IMG/VR virus record: IMGVR_UViG_3300011337_000132
Span: 1 to 46,964 of that record
Length of the DNA: 46,964 nt
Strand: one strand, 5' to 3'
Origin: a virus
Lineage: Duplodnaviria > Caudoviricetes
Part shown: piece after piece, positions 34,501 through 43,333 of the stretch
Layout of the letters: every line of letters begins with the position of its first letter
Position numbering within the stretch: position 1 is the stretch's first letter
The notes under the pieces: model-generated
Told to the model about the DNA's origin: nothing
Seen by the model: the letters and a program-made list of their open reading frames with translations, nothing else
Database searches by the model: none
Made by a program: the position numbers and the translations under genes

Positions 34501-35953
34501 TGGTCTATTCAATCCCGATCAGTTTGTTGTTCAGGCTTCCTCTGCCTTGAACATTATGGCTATTGCTCCAATGGATGGGCTTAAGGCTGCGGCTTCGTAT
34601 CTCCCGCTTAGAATGGCTATGATTAATCCTGACCCGAATGTACTTAAGGCTTTGTACAAGAGGTCAAGTACTTTCATTGGCATGACTGAGGGCGAGTTCC
34701 TTGAGTCTATCGATTACATGAGGAGATCCGGTAGATTCCAAGTTAATCAGAATATCTCCGAGATTAATGGTACCTACGATGTTACAAGGGGTATGATTAA
34801 CAAGGTTAGAGAACTGGGTAGAACCCCCTTTAACGAGGGTGAAAGAGTCCAGAGACTGATGGCTACTAACGTAGCTTACCGTGAGTTCAGGAAGGCTAAC
34901 CCTTTCCTTGATGTCAATACGGATGCTGGCTTCAGGATCATGGATGACTTCATTACGAACCGTGCTGATAACCTTACTATGAACATGACAAGATCTTCAG
35001 CAGCTTGGTGGCAGCAAGGTTTTATGTCTCTCCCTACCCAGTGGTTGGGCTATCAGGCAAAGCTTATGGAGAACATCTTCTTTAGTAGAAACCTAACAGG
35101 AATAGAAAGAACTAGGCTTGGCTTGGCACAGGTTGCCCTGTTCGGTGGTGCTGGTATCCCGCTTGGTGGCTTGGCTGTAAATGCTTTTGTGGATCAAGGC
35201 ACAGAGGGTATTGACAAGGATGCCTATACTGTGCTAAGGTATGGGTTGATTGATTACACTCTATCAAATATTATCAATGAAGATACAGCTATGTCAGGTA
35301 GACTTGGTGTCGGTGATGGCATCCTTCAGGTCTACGAAGATTTCATGGACAAGAACTTTGCTGAGTTAATCGGTGGTCCTTCCCTGTCTATTGCTACGGA
35401 TACAGGATCTTCAGCTATAACTCTAGTTGGCTCACTCTTTAATAGTGATATCAGCCTTACTCAGTATGACGCTAGTAAAGTCCTGAGGAATATCTCTACG
35501 TTGGATAAAGCTGCTAAGGCTTACTATCTGATGCAGACTGGTGAGTTCATTGACAAGAAGGGTAGAGCATTGGCTGAGGGTATGAGTCCTTGGAATGCTC
35601 TGTGGAACACCCTTGGTACTCCCTTCCAAGAAGTAGAGTTGTACTACGATGTTCGTCAGGCTTTGTATTCTGAAAGCCAGATGGTTAAGGGTGTAACAGA
35701 CCGTACTAGAGAGCTTGTCAGACTCCAGAATGATTACATCATGCAGGATGACATGGCTTCTGCAATTGGTATCAGAGATGAAATTCTTTCTCTCCTTGCT
35801 CCATTGGCTCCTGACCAGAGGAGAAGTGTAATTAACTTGAGCAGAGAAAGTTTCAGAACTCTCGCTAAGACTTCTATTATGCAGGATGCAAAGACGGCTA
35901 ATCAGGGCCTCAGTATCCAGCTTCAAAAACTTATTTCTAAAGAGGGACAATAA
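31559..35953 (+). CDS. Large internal virion (ejection) protein
   Basis: 1464 aa, helical, hydrophobic C-terminal stretches; synteny. Confidence 0.75.
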   Translation: MGLFDEVFGSQEKEYKVVESLFPSEEEVTKDIVKSQKYKLSLAERYANHVGTTVEEALSFVEVDKQQELLSTNTDFSYTPVMNKAYAEGASPEEFKMSMDVYKRNTDYLLSSGDSKDVLEDIIIDKFDPNTDNLSISLAILREQFDAIAPDENVLGLASSFFGTIGRESTVGVVENLFGATGASMSNWKGKSQIGNEKFQAIMEEPSLERKRLLARQYAIEAKDIGVFGDNTLNYWSRFATIATAGKGEAEAIWLGVDLLGLVPVGKVLGVTGKAAKTSGTAAKLTLATDALEVAEATGGKVAANRVLDSALSNPVTSINTAKHTAPSSSSVASNGLGPTMKPTLMNEVANDYAETLRNAYKGMYSEDMIQAAKSRKKVQLEKATKYHVLDIAEKDIGFDNYTVEITMGKDNGLPFVDKDNAEKFAKNLGGRVEPYGINSAGTAPEGFVVKLDRNLNMKGLASATELGKLRSSMFDIFASPEITSSKDLNTVLKRGLDKIGFVENEIINQHKALFKKISKDDARGIDQVISKLNTEDPLDGDWYDISTFKDKFYNQTGRAASKEVIDGYVSSYKLAETARWLEADRILKRSTGEKLDQFVGSADGKTFYRMKRLPAGALPRLEDYAQKYVYDLNTGKIIDRKSFMKGGKNKNLYQIVDVDNAPEVNGKKVLYATGSLKTSRPLFPSDVVPRTAGGTRQTGNIHGFLVSQRKTVDLSDNAVNLTPTVFGVGRTAQELVKMGTEVNTLLKGLRDFDAGTISKEIMNGLIKASNNFNPSIEDVDGLKAFIDKHGINAAEDIQIVTKDMPLPEVGVARFENYRLGKLTTYDELYSRGSRQNAIIYGYDNKSFKQVDAVRGIERDFAKGTNYIAEREYSVKAVEGFLNSAIQNKLILNYEDIKKKPFIQQLKEAQLANSEAGNKLKTERRVILNRLSESNEFAQAWNRRMTGIGEYIFDKKGWDVIDKMSIRPDVALRSFAFDMKLGLFNPDQFVVQASSALNIMAIAPMDGLKAAASYLPLRMAMINPDPNVLKALYKRSSTFIGMTEGEFLESIDYMRRSGRFQVNQNISEINGTYDVTRGMINKVRELGRTPFNEGERVQRLMATNVAYREFRKANPFLDVNTDAGFRIMDDFITNRADNLTMNMTRSSAAWWQQGFMSLPTQWLGYQAKLMENIFFSRNLTGIERTRLGLAQVALFGGAGIPLGGLAVNAFVDQGTEGIDKDAYTVLRYGLIDYTLSNIINEDTAMSGRLGVGDGILQVYEDFMDKNFAELIGGPSLSIATDTGSSAITLVGSLFNSDISLTQYDASKVLRNISTLDKAAKAYYLMQTGEFIDKKGRALAEGMSPWNALWNTLGTPFQEVELYYDVRQALYSESQMVKGVTDRTRELVRLQNDYIMQDDMASAIGIRDEILSLLAPLAPDQRRSVINLSRESFRTLAKTSIMQDAKTANQGLSIQLQKLISKEGQ

Positions 35954-35955
35954 GA

Positions 35956-37857
35956 ATGGCTATCTTTAAACCTGAAGTGAGAACTGTTGAAGGTTCAAAT
36001 GTAGGTACATACAATCCACCGACTGTTGATTACTCTGGTTTCTACTCTGGTATTGGTAGGAGTATTGGGTCTAGTATTACTAGCATGTTTGATGCTTCTG
36101 GTGGTAAGAGCGGTAACTCTGAGGGTGATAAAGAAATGATTGCTCTCCAAGATGTCACCTCTCAGTGGCAGAGAGCTTCTGAAATTGAAGATCCGACTGT
36201 TCGTTCTGTCACTCTTAAAAATATTCAGAAGAATGCTTACCTTGAGTACCCTAAGTACCGGGAAGGTATTAAGGGTATCTTCTCTGAACTTTCGGGCTTT
36301 GTCTATGAAGGCACTGGTGCTGATCCTGACCAGCTTGTTCAGGCTAGTACCTATAAGTGGGCAACGAGTACCTCTGAAGGTCAGTCTGCTGCTGTTGTAG
36401 CTCAGATGAAATCTGGTGGTGATCCTCTTCTTATGGATCAGTATATTAAGGATGCTTATCTGGTAGATCTAACATACAAAAATAAAGCTGCTGCTGCTGA
36501 ACAAGAAGCAAAGCTTATGGAATCTGATGAAAAGAAAAGAAAGATTCTTTTTGGTACTAATGTAAGACCTCTCTTGCAGGGTAAAATTGATAGTTCTTTT
36601 GCTCAGGATACTTCTAAGGAAGTTATCGATAGACTTAGACAGGAAGCTAGAACAAATAATCTTGATGAGACTACTTTCCTTATTGATTCTTTGACAGCTA
36701 CAAGAAACCAGAGACTTGCTGAAGTTACAAACGAGATTAACCGTATGGGTCTTGATCCTACAACAGTTAATCCTGAGAGCTTTATGGCTGGCTATGATTC
36801 TACTTTGAAGACTCTTACACAGAATAAGGATCTTATCTCCCGGTCTATGCAGACTATGACTGAGAATCAAAAGGCTCAAGTTTCTGGTATTATTAGAGAT
36901 CCTTCATTGAGAAGTGCTTTCAATAAGGACAATCCTATTGTTCTTTCAGAACTTCTTCTTAACCCTGAAAACAAGGCTGACCTTGTAAAGGTTTCTGAAT
37001 TGTCTATCGGCATTGCTGGTAACGGTATGACTCCGAATGTTTCTGAGACAAGCCTTGGTACAGAGGACATTGGAGATTCACCTAGAAGATTTGCAGAAGT
37101 CTATAAGGGTATGGCCCCAGAAGAAGAACTTATGAAGATCTTTAATGCACCGAGAGACACTAAGATTGCTCTTGGTAAGCTGGGCATTAACTCTATCAGG
37201 ACTTATAAGAACGATCCTAATATGCCTGAGAAGACAGAAGCAGCATATCGTAATATCGGTGCTATGTATGTTACTGCCTTGCCTAGCATCGATGTCGAAG
37301 GCTCTAGCTATAAGTCTGCTAATGTCAGAAACCTTATTGGTGACATGGCCTTTACTACAATCGATAGCATTAAATCTACAAACCCTAACCTTGGTAATGA
37401 TCTCTATAACAAGATGAATACTTATGCAGCTAATGCTGTAAAGAAGCTGACTGATTCTTTTAATGTCAATATGGATATCATTAAGGACACTGAGTTCTCT
37501 CCCTTTATTCTTGAGATGGATAAGAATGGGAACCTTGCTCTTAATGTAAACTCTGAAGCTCTTAGTAACGATGTCAATCTTAAGAAGGCAATGGGTGCCT
37601 ATCGCTACGAGACAAAGGGTTCTGGTCGTAGTGTCAAGACAGTTGGTGTTGAGATGCTGCCTACAGAGACAGACCCCATGAAGATCCTCTCTAACTATGT
37701 ATCTATTACAGAGGGTGCTAACTCTAGAGAGATTACAGATATCATTCAATCTCTTAAAATTCTTGCTTCTCAGTCTAAGAAGATCCCTCCTGATATCAGA
37801 AGCAAGATCGACCCGATTGAGATTATTAAGCAGAACGTAACAGTCTTGGGTAAGTAA
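35956..37857 (+). CDS. Internal virion protein
   Basis: 633 aa helical; synteny. Confidence 0.7.
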   Translation: MAIFKPEVRTVEGSNVGTYNPPTVDYSGFYSGIGRSIGSSITSMFDASGGKSGNSEGDKEMIALQDVTSQWQRASEIEDPTVRSVTLKNIQKNAYLEYPKYREGIKGIFSELSGFVYEGTGADPDQLVQASTYKWATSTSEGQSAAVVAQMKSGGDPLLMDQYIKDAYLVDLTYKNKAAAAEQEAKLMESDEKKRKILFGTNVRPLLQGKIDSSFAQDTSKEVIDRLRQEARTNNLDETTFLIDSLTATRNQRLAEVTNEINRMGLDPTTVNPESFMAGYDSTLKTLTQNKDLISRSMQTMTENQKAQVSGIIRDPSLRSAFNKDNPIVLSELLLNPENKADLVKVSELSIGIAGNGMTPNVSETSLGTEDIGDSPRRFAEVYKGMAPEEELMKIFNAPRDTKIALGKLGINSIRTYKNDPNMPEKTEAAYRNIGAMYVTALPSIDVEGSSYKSANVRNLIGDMAFTTIDSIKSTNPNLGNDLYNKMNTYAANAVKKLTDSFNVNMDIIKDTEFSPFILEMDKNGNLALNVNSEALSNDVNLKKAMGAYRYETKGSGRSVKTVGVEMLPTETDPMKILSNYVSITEGANSREITDIIQSLKILASQSKKIPPDIRSKIDPIEIIKQNVTVLGK

Positions 37858-37858
37858 G

Positions 37859-38953
37859 ATGGGTATCTTTGCACCTGAATTGAATACAGCAGGATCTTCA
37901 GTGCAAGCTGTAGCTCCTCCTGTTAACTTAACTGAAGACCAGCTTACTAATATCGGTAAGGGTATTGCTGATATTATTGGAGGCATCATTCCTCCTAAGC
38001 CTATTGAAGGTCTAGTCAGTGATCAAGAGTCAGAGGAAGACTACGTAATCCCTGAGGGTACTCCTCAGACTACACCAGCTTCTTCTACATCTGGTCTGCC
38101 TATCGAAGCACAAGCCTTCCTAGATGCTATTGCTTCTGCTGAGGGTACAGGTGGTGATTATAACATCATCGTCGGTGGTAGTAAGTTTGATAGCTTTGAA
38201 CAGCATCCGGGTATCGTTGGTCTTAAGACTAAGGCTGGCCCTAGTACTGCCGCTGGTAAGTACCAGATTACAAAGCAGACATGGGATGATCTTCAGAAGA
38301 AGTATCCTGAGTTAACAGACTTTAGTCCTGACAATCAGGATAAAGCTGCATTCTATCTGGCTACTGATAGGTACAAGAGAGGCACAAAGGGTAGAGATCT
38401 TGCCGCTGATCTTGCTGCTGGTAATACATCATACCTTAGAGAGAGCCTACAGAGTACTTGGACAGGTATCCGTGTAACGAAGGACTTCGAAAAGACTATC
38501 GATAATAATGTTAAGAGTCGTTCGACTACAGTACTGAAGCCTGTTGGCTTTACCAATATGAAGTACTCGAATGAACAGGCTATCAGAAATAAAGTTGTTG
38601 CTCCTGAGCTAGAGCTAAAGCTTGATGTTGCAGTAAGCACTATTCTTGGTACTGGGTATACCGTTGAGATCTTCTCAGGTGGACAGGAGAAGAAGGGTAC
38701 TGGTGTACGTAGGACAGGTAGCATCCGCCATGACGTAGATGATCTTGGTCGTGGTCTAGCTGCTGACGTTCGTATCTATGATCCCGCTGGTAAGCAGATT
38801 ACAGATAGGACTCAGTTGGATAAGGTAAGAGACTTCTGGATACAGAAGAACTATGGGTCTGTCGGTACGTATATGCCGGGGGCTGGTATTCACTTTGACA
38901 TCTGGACGAAGGATAAACTCCTCCCCGGTATGTCTTCTACTTGGAGTTATTAA
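37859..38953 (+). CDS. Virion-associated peptidoglycan hydrolase (lambda-R-like lytic transglycosylase + putative Zn peptidase)
   Basis: AFLDAI..AEGT...Y....GG..F....HP...STAAGKYQI...TW...FSP..QD; C-terminal S.RH...AAD...IH.D. Confidence 0.8.
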   Translation: MGIFAPELNTAGSSVQAVAPPVNLTEDQLTNIGKGIADIIGGIIPPKPIEGLVSDQESEEDYVIPEGTPQTTPASSTSGLPIEAQAFLDAIASAEGTGGDYNIIVGGSKFDSFEQHPGIVGLKTKAGPSTAAGKYQITKQTWDDLQKKYPELTDFSPDNQDKAAFYLATDRYKRGTKGRDLAADLAAGNTSYLRESLQSTWTGIRVTKDFEKTIDNNVKSRSTTVLKPVGFTNMKYSNEQAIRNKVVAPELELKLDVAVSTILGTGYTVEIFSGGQEKKGTGVRRTGSIRHDVDDLGRGLAADVRIYDPAGKQITDRTQLDKVRDFWIQKNYGSVGTYMPGAGIHFDIWTKDKLLPGMSSTWSY

Positions 38954-38954
38954 T

Positions 38955-39146
38955 ATGCCATTGAATGCAAAAGGTAAGAAGATCATGACTGCTCTTAAGA
39001 AGCAGTATGGAGATAAGGCAGAGGATGTCTTCTACGGTATGAAGCAGAAGAAGAAGATCTCTGGTGTAGAAAAGATTGATAAGGATATGGGGAAGAAGCC
39101 AGCAAAGAAAGCCCCTCCTGCTAAGAAGAAGGCTAAGAGGGTCTAA
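38955..39146 (+). CDS. Small Lys-rich protein
   Basis: MPLNAKGKKIM..LKKQYG....VFY; GGAG SD. Confidence 0.75.
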   Translation: MPLNAKGKKIMTALKKQYGDKAEDVFYGMKQKKKISGVEKIDKDMGKKPAKKAPPAKKKAKRV

Positions 39147-39418
39147 TGGCTATCGAGTATAGAGGTGAGAAGTTCGCTGGGTACAATAAACCTAAGAAGA
39201 CCCCGAATGCTAATAAGTCCCACGCTGTCCTTGCTAAGGATGGTAGTCAGGTAAAGCTTATTAGGTTTGGTCAGAAGGGTGTCTCAGGTTCTCCTAAGAA
39301 AGCTGGTGAGTCTGCATCCTACCGGAAGCGTAGAGAAAGTTTCAAGGCTAGGCATGCAAAGAACATTAGTAAGGGCAAGATGTCTGCTGCTTACTGGGCG
39401 GATAAAGTAAAATGGTAA
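39146..39418 (+). CDS. Small basic phage protein
   Basis: GYNKPK.TP...KSH.V....IRFGQ.G...RR.SFKARH...SAAYWA.K.KW. Confidence 0.85.
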   Translation: MAIEYRGEKFAGYNKPKKTPNANKSHAVLAKDGSQVKLIRFGQKGVSGSPKKAGESASYRKRRESFKARHAKNISKGKMSAAYWADKVKW

Positions 39419-39546
39419 AGCAAGGACTCTACGCTAACATCAATGCCAAGCGTAAGGCTGGCAAGAAGATGCGAAAGAAAGGTGAGAAGGGCGCACCTAC
39501 AGATAAAGCCTTTAAACAAGCTGCACGGACAGCAAAGAAGCGATGA
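39412..39546 (+). CDS. 44 aa basic protein
   Basis: Manual translation MVKQGLYANINAKRKAGKKMRKKGEKGAPTDKAFKQAARTAKKR. Confidence 0.75.
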   Translation: MVKQGLYANINAKRKAGKKMRKKGEKGAPTDKAFKQAARTAKKR

Positions 39547-39587
39547 TGACAACAGGTAATACTGGTAATCTAAGGAGAAAAGAAGTT

Positions 39588-39749
39588 ATGGCAAAGAAGG
39601 CAAAGAAGCCCATGAAGCATGGGATGAAGGAAGAGAAGGCTGAGATGAAGGGCGGTAAGTACCGTGGTGGATTCAAGGAAGAGATGGCAGAGATGAAGTC
39701 CATGAAGAAGTCAAAGGGTAAGAAGCCCGCTAAGAAGAAGGGTAAGTAA
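39588..39749 (+). CDS. Lys/Met/Glu-rich small protein
   Basis: AAGGAG SD before MAKKAKKPMK. Confidence 0.7.
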   Translation: MAKKAKKPMKHGMKEEKAEMKGGKYRGGFKEEMAEMKSMKKSKGKKPAKKKGK

Positions 39750-39750
39750 G

Positions 39751-40485
39751 ATGGCTGCTCCAAGACCAAAGAAGAAACCTCCCGTTAAGAAGGCTCCTCC
39801 TAAGAAGAAGCCTAGCTTCCTTAGGAAGGATACACCTCGTCCTGCTAGAGATGTCAAGCCGGGTGATCTTAGATCTCAGACACTAGCTAATGATAACAAG
39901 CCTCGTCCTGCTAAGGATCTTAATAAGGGTGGGCTTAGATCGCAGTACCTTAAGGGTACTAATGCTGGTGGTAGTTCTGCTGTAGCTAAAGGTCTTATTA
40001 AAAAGATTCCTGTTGTCGGTGCAGCACTTGGGTTTATTACAGATGCAGCCCCCGCTGGTGCTGGTTCGGATAAGCCTAGTGGTCCTTTGATGAAGAGTAG
40101 TATGCCGGGAGGTTATGGTTCTAAGACCTCTGGCTATGGTCCTACACCCAAGAAGAAGTCTTCAGTAATTATGCCTAAGGCCAGTATGTCTGGAGGTGGT
40201 GTCAATAAGCCGGGAGGTACGGCTTCTGGAAATACCTCTAAGGTTGGTGGTCCGGGGGGTGCTAGGGCGCTTACTGATGTCAAGGCTAAGAAGTCTGGTT
40301 CATCTAAGGCAGCTTCTGTAGCCCCTGCTGCGGGCTCTAGTGATACAGCTCAGGCGGCTAGTACTGGTAAGACAAAGCGTAGATCTCCTACTAGATACCA
40401 GCGTAATGAGACTGCTATGGAACAGAGAAAGAGTTCTTCGGGTAAGCCCAAGAAGTCTATCTTCAGTCTGTTCAGAAAGGGTTAA
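39751..40485 (+). CDS. Lys/Gly/Ser/Pro-rich low-complexity basic protein
   Basis: 244 aa, genome-typical codon usage, internal PRPA.D....LRSQ.L duplication. Confidence 0.75.
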   Translation: MAAPRPKKKPPVKKAPPKKKPSFLRKDTPRPARDVKPGDLRSQTLANDNKPRPAKDLNKGGLRSQYLKGTNAGGSSAVAKGLIKKIPVVGAALGFITDAAPAGAGSDKPSGPLMKSSMPGGYGSKTSGYGPTPKKKSSVIMPKASMSGGGVNKPGGTASGNTSKVGGPGGARALTDVKAKKSGSSKAASVAPAAGSSDTAQAASTGKTKRRSPTRYQRNETAMEQRKSSSGKPKKSIFSLFRKG

Positions 40486-40490
40486 ATAAA

Positions 40491-41021
40491 ATGGTTGGAT
40501 TTGGTACTGTCGATATGATGCGTAATGCATCTAGACAGAAGAAGGCAGAGACTGCTGCGACTAAGACTCCAGCTAGTACTAACGTAGGTACAACTACTAC
40601 AGAGAAGCCTCTTACAAATACCTCTGGTACTGCTGGTGCTAAGAAGACTGATATGAAGCAGACAATGAAGCAGATCGCCTTTGGTGCACAGATGGCTGGG
40701 GGTATGGGAGCAATGGCTGGCTTCCTTGGTATGCCCTTTACCAAGAAGGTGAAGGGTTCAGCTATGGTTGTTGATCCTCTTAACCAGCAAGTTGTTGGCT
40801 TTGGTTCAAATGTAAAGGCCCCAAAGAATGCTACCATTGGTGGCTTTGCAGTGAATCCTTCTGCTAAGAAGCCAACTACTCCAACTGGTACAGGTATCGA
40901 TGCCCCGGCTCCCGATACAGGTTGGAGGCCGTCTGGTACTAATACTGCCCTTGGTCTTCAGCAGACACAGATGGGTATTCCTCTTCAAGAAACCATTGGC
41001 GTCTCGAAGAGGAAGCGTTAA
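40491..41021 (+). CDS. Low-complexity Thr/Gly/Lys-rich protein
   Basis: 176 aa, last gene of plus arm. Confidence 0.7.
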   Translation: MVGFGTVDMMRNASRQKKAETAATKTPASTNVGTTTTEKPLTNTSGTAGAKKTDMKQTMKQIAFGAQMAGGMGAMAGFLGMPFTKKVKGSAMVVDPLNQQVVGFGSNVKAPKNATIGGFAVNPSAKKPTTPTGTGIDAPAPDTGWRPSGTNTALGLQQTQMGIPLQETIGVSKRKR

Positions 41022-41023
41022 CC

Positions 41024-41272
41024 TTAGAACTCAAACATCTTCTTAAGGAGTCTATCTTTAGCTAAGTCAAGCTGAAGGTAGACTTCCTCAGGTGCTAGAT
41101 CCTCTGACCAACTGATCTTAAAACTGTCTTCTTTCCATCCTACAAGGATAAGACTTTCATACTGATTAAGACCGTCTTTAAGTAGATCGTTAGGTGTAAC
41201 CCCCGGAGTTTCCTCTGGGGGTTTTTCTTTGTTGACAAGCTTGATAATGTTCTTGACCTTATCGTCTTCCAT
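41024..41272 (-). CDS. Hypothetical protein
   Basis: TGATG overlap with the RNR stop. Confidence 0.75.
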   Translation of the reverse strand: MEDDKVKNIIKLVNKEKPPEETPGVTPNDLLKDGLNQYESLILVGWKEDSFKISWSEDLAPEEVYLQLDLAKDRLLKKMFEF

Positions 41273-43191
41273 CAGGTGAGATCCACAATTTCACAGGTAC
41301 CACTGGAACAAGCAAGAGACTGACTAGCCTTAGTCGTATCTTCCTTCTCATAGTCTGAAAGCTTAGACCAATCAATACTCTCTGGCATCTTCTTAAGGAG
41401 TTCTTCGTACTCTTCCTTGGTGCAATCTTCGTAGGGTGCTTGCTTATAGATGTGATCCGAATGAGGAAGGAAGCTTAGACCAGATGCAACATTGAAGTTA
41501 TCGTAGAGCCAAGAGCCAACAGTAACCCATTCGTCAGGTTTAACAGAGACAGTAATGCTAGGTTTATGCTCACACCAGAACTCAGCGTAGATCTTCCAGA
41601 GATGGAGATGAACAGTAGCTGAGATATCATGGCGAGTAACAGCCGTATCAGGAGCCTTAACCGGGAAGCTGAAGACTGTCGTATTCTCAGGCTTCATGAT
41701 GTCAGGCTCATGCGGGATCTCCATATCCTTCATGAACTGGGTAATCGGATCTTTGTTATCACCACGGACACGACGAATATAATAAGTGTTGTGCCGGGGA
41801 TGGATACCAGAGGCAGAGTCAACAAGCTGAGAAACAGTACCAGAAGGCTTGACACAGGTGATAGCCTTAGACACCGGAATGCCAAGCTTATCAGCCCACT
41901 CCTTATTAGTATCGATAGCAGCCTGCTTCAGTGCAGTCAAAGCAGCAGGAAGATTACCATGAGGGTTCATACCATTCAAGACATCATGGTCCATGATACC
42001 AGTAAGTGATACACCAAGGAGTCGTTCTTCCTCAGTGTTCTTAGTCCAGATCTTCCTAAGGTAGGGGAAAGAAGTATAGGTAGCCTGAATGGTACCAAGG
42101 ATAGTAGCAAGCTTAACCTTACGCTCAAGCTCAACAAGGCTATCATCTGCACGGACTACAACCTCAGTCAGGTTGCAGAACTGATAGGGACGAAGGATGA
42201 TCTCTGAGCAAGGGTTAGTACCGAACTCATGGTTAGGGTCACGCCTACCGTTCTTACCAGTGTGGTTCTGTGCAGCGATACGCGAGAACATACCACGCTC
42301 ACCAGTACCAGAGTCTACAAGGCTGGCCCACTCATGCAGGAAGGTACTAGCATCAGGCTTCTCAGTATAAGCTACAGAGTTATTAGCAAGGCTACGCTGG
42401 GGATTAGTCTCCCAGAACTGACCTGTCTTAGCGTTACGCATACGATCATCAGAAAGGTTAGACAGAGAGATCATAGCAGAACGACGAACACCACCGACTA
42501 CGACAACCTCACCGATCTTGCACATGATGTCATGGCACTCAAGAGAGTTAAGCTTACGGCCAGCAGCGTTCTTAAAGATGGAGGTAACGAACCGGAACAA
42601 CTGGTCAAGGGGTTCAGGACCAGAGGCGCGACCACCGAATACCTTCAGACGGGAACCAGCAGGACGGATCTTGCTCATGTCCCACTTAGCAATCTCACCG
42701 GAGTACAGCAAAGAGATAAGCTGACGAAGAGCCTTAGACCAGCCTTCCTTACTATCTGATACAGAGATAACTGTGTTAGAGTCGAACATCTTCTCAGGGA
42801 TTTCAGGAAGCTTAGAGACGTACTGACGCTCGACTGAGAAGCCAACACCAGTGCCACACATCAGGATAAACATAGCCTCATCGAAAGACTTCATGTCATC
42901 GACAGGGAGGTAGGAACAGTTATAGGCACAGGTATTGTCACGCTCAAGAGCCTTACCAGCGGTCATCATAGCACGCATACTGGGCATGATCTCAAGGTTA
43001 AGGATGGCACTGCGGATAGATTCGTAGGGGTATCCAAATCCAATCTTATCGGCTACCACATTCTCCATGAACCGATCTACAGTCTCTTCCCAAGACTCAC
43101 GACGATTCTCGCTATCAACCCAACGGGCATACCGTGAGGTGGCGATAAAGGTCTGGTAATCAGTTGGGAGATTCTTCATTGGCGTAGTCAT
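41272..43191 (-). CDS. nrdJ: Class II (adenosylcobalamin-dependent) ribonucleotide reductase
   Basis: YNC, GGVRRSA, TNPCSEI, CNLTE, CVKPSGT, C-terminal CSSGTC; no small subunit present. Confidence 0.93.
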   Translation of the reverse strand: MTTPMKNLPTDYQTFIATSRYARWVDSENRRESWEETVDRFMENVVADKIGFGYPYESIRSAILNLEIMPSMRAMMTAGKALERDNTCAYNCSYLPVDDMKSFDEAMFILMCGTGVGFSVERQYVSKLPEIPEKMFDSNTVISVSDSKEGWSKALRQLISLLYSGEIAKWDMSKIRPAGSRLKVFGGRASGPEPLDQLFRFVTSIFKNAAGRKLNSLECHDIMCKIGEVVVVGGVRRSAMISLSNLSDDRMRNAKTGQFWETNPQRSLANNSVAYTEKPDASTFLHEWASLVDSGTGERGMFSRIAAQNHTGKNGRRDPNHEFGTNPCSEIILRPYQFCNLTEVVVRADDSLVELERKVKLATILGTIQATYTSFPYLRKIWTKNTEEERLLGVSLTGIMDHDVLNGMNPHGNLPAALTALKQAAIDTNKEWADKLGIPVSKAITCVKPSGTVSQLVDSASGIHPRHNTYYIRRVRGDNKDPITQFMKDMEIPHEPDIMKPENTTVFSFPVKAPDTAVTRHDISATVHLHLWKIYAEFWCEHKPSITVSVKPDEWVTVGSWLYDNFNVASGLSFLPHSDHIYKQAPYEDCTKEEYEELLKKMPESIDWSKLSDYEKEDTTKASQSLACSSGTCEIVDLT

Positions 43192-43333
43192 CGATGTTCC
43201 TTACATTCAGCTTTTGACGTTTATAATCTTTATCAGATTCTTTTATTCGTTGTCTATATTGCCCTTCCTCTAACTCCTTAGCAACTGGACTACGTTTAAT
43301 TCTCTTCTGAAAACTTTTCTTTCTCCAGCCCAT
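43160..43333 (-). CDS. Small basic protein (57 aa)
   Basis: Manual translation MGWRKKSFQKRIKRSPVAKELEEGQYRQRIKESDKDYKRQK...; GAG SD. Confidence 0.65.
   Translation of the reverse strand: MGWRKKSFQKRIKRSPVAKELEEGQYRQRIKESDKDYKRQKLNVRNIDDYANEESPN

Noticed and set aside
29777-37989. Long antisense ORFs (29777..30484, 33587..34108, 35432..35950, 37078..37989)
   Set aside because: Shadows of strongly codon-biased structural genes; no independent evidence.
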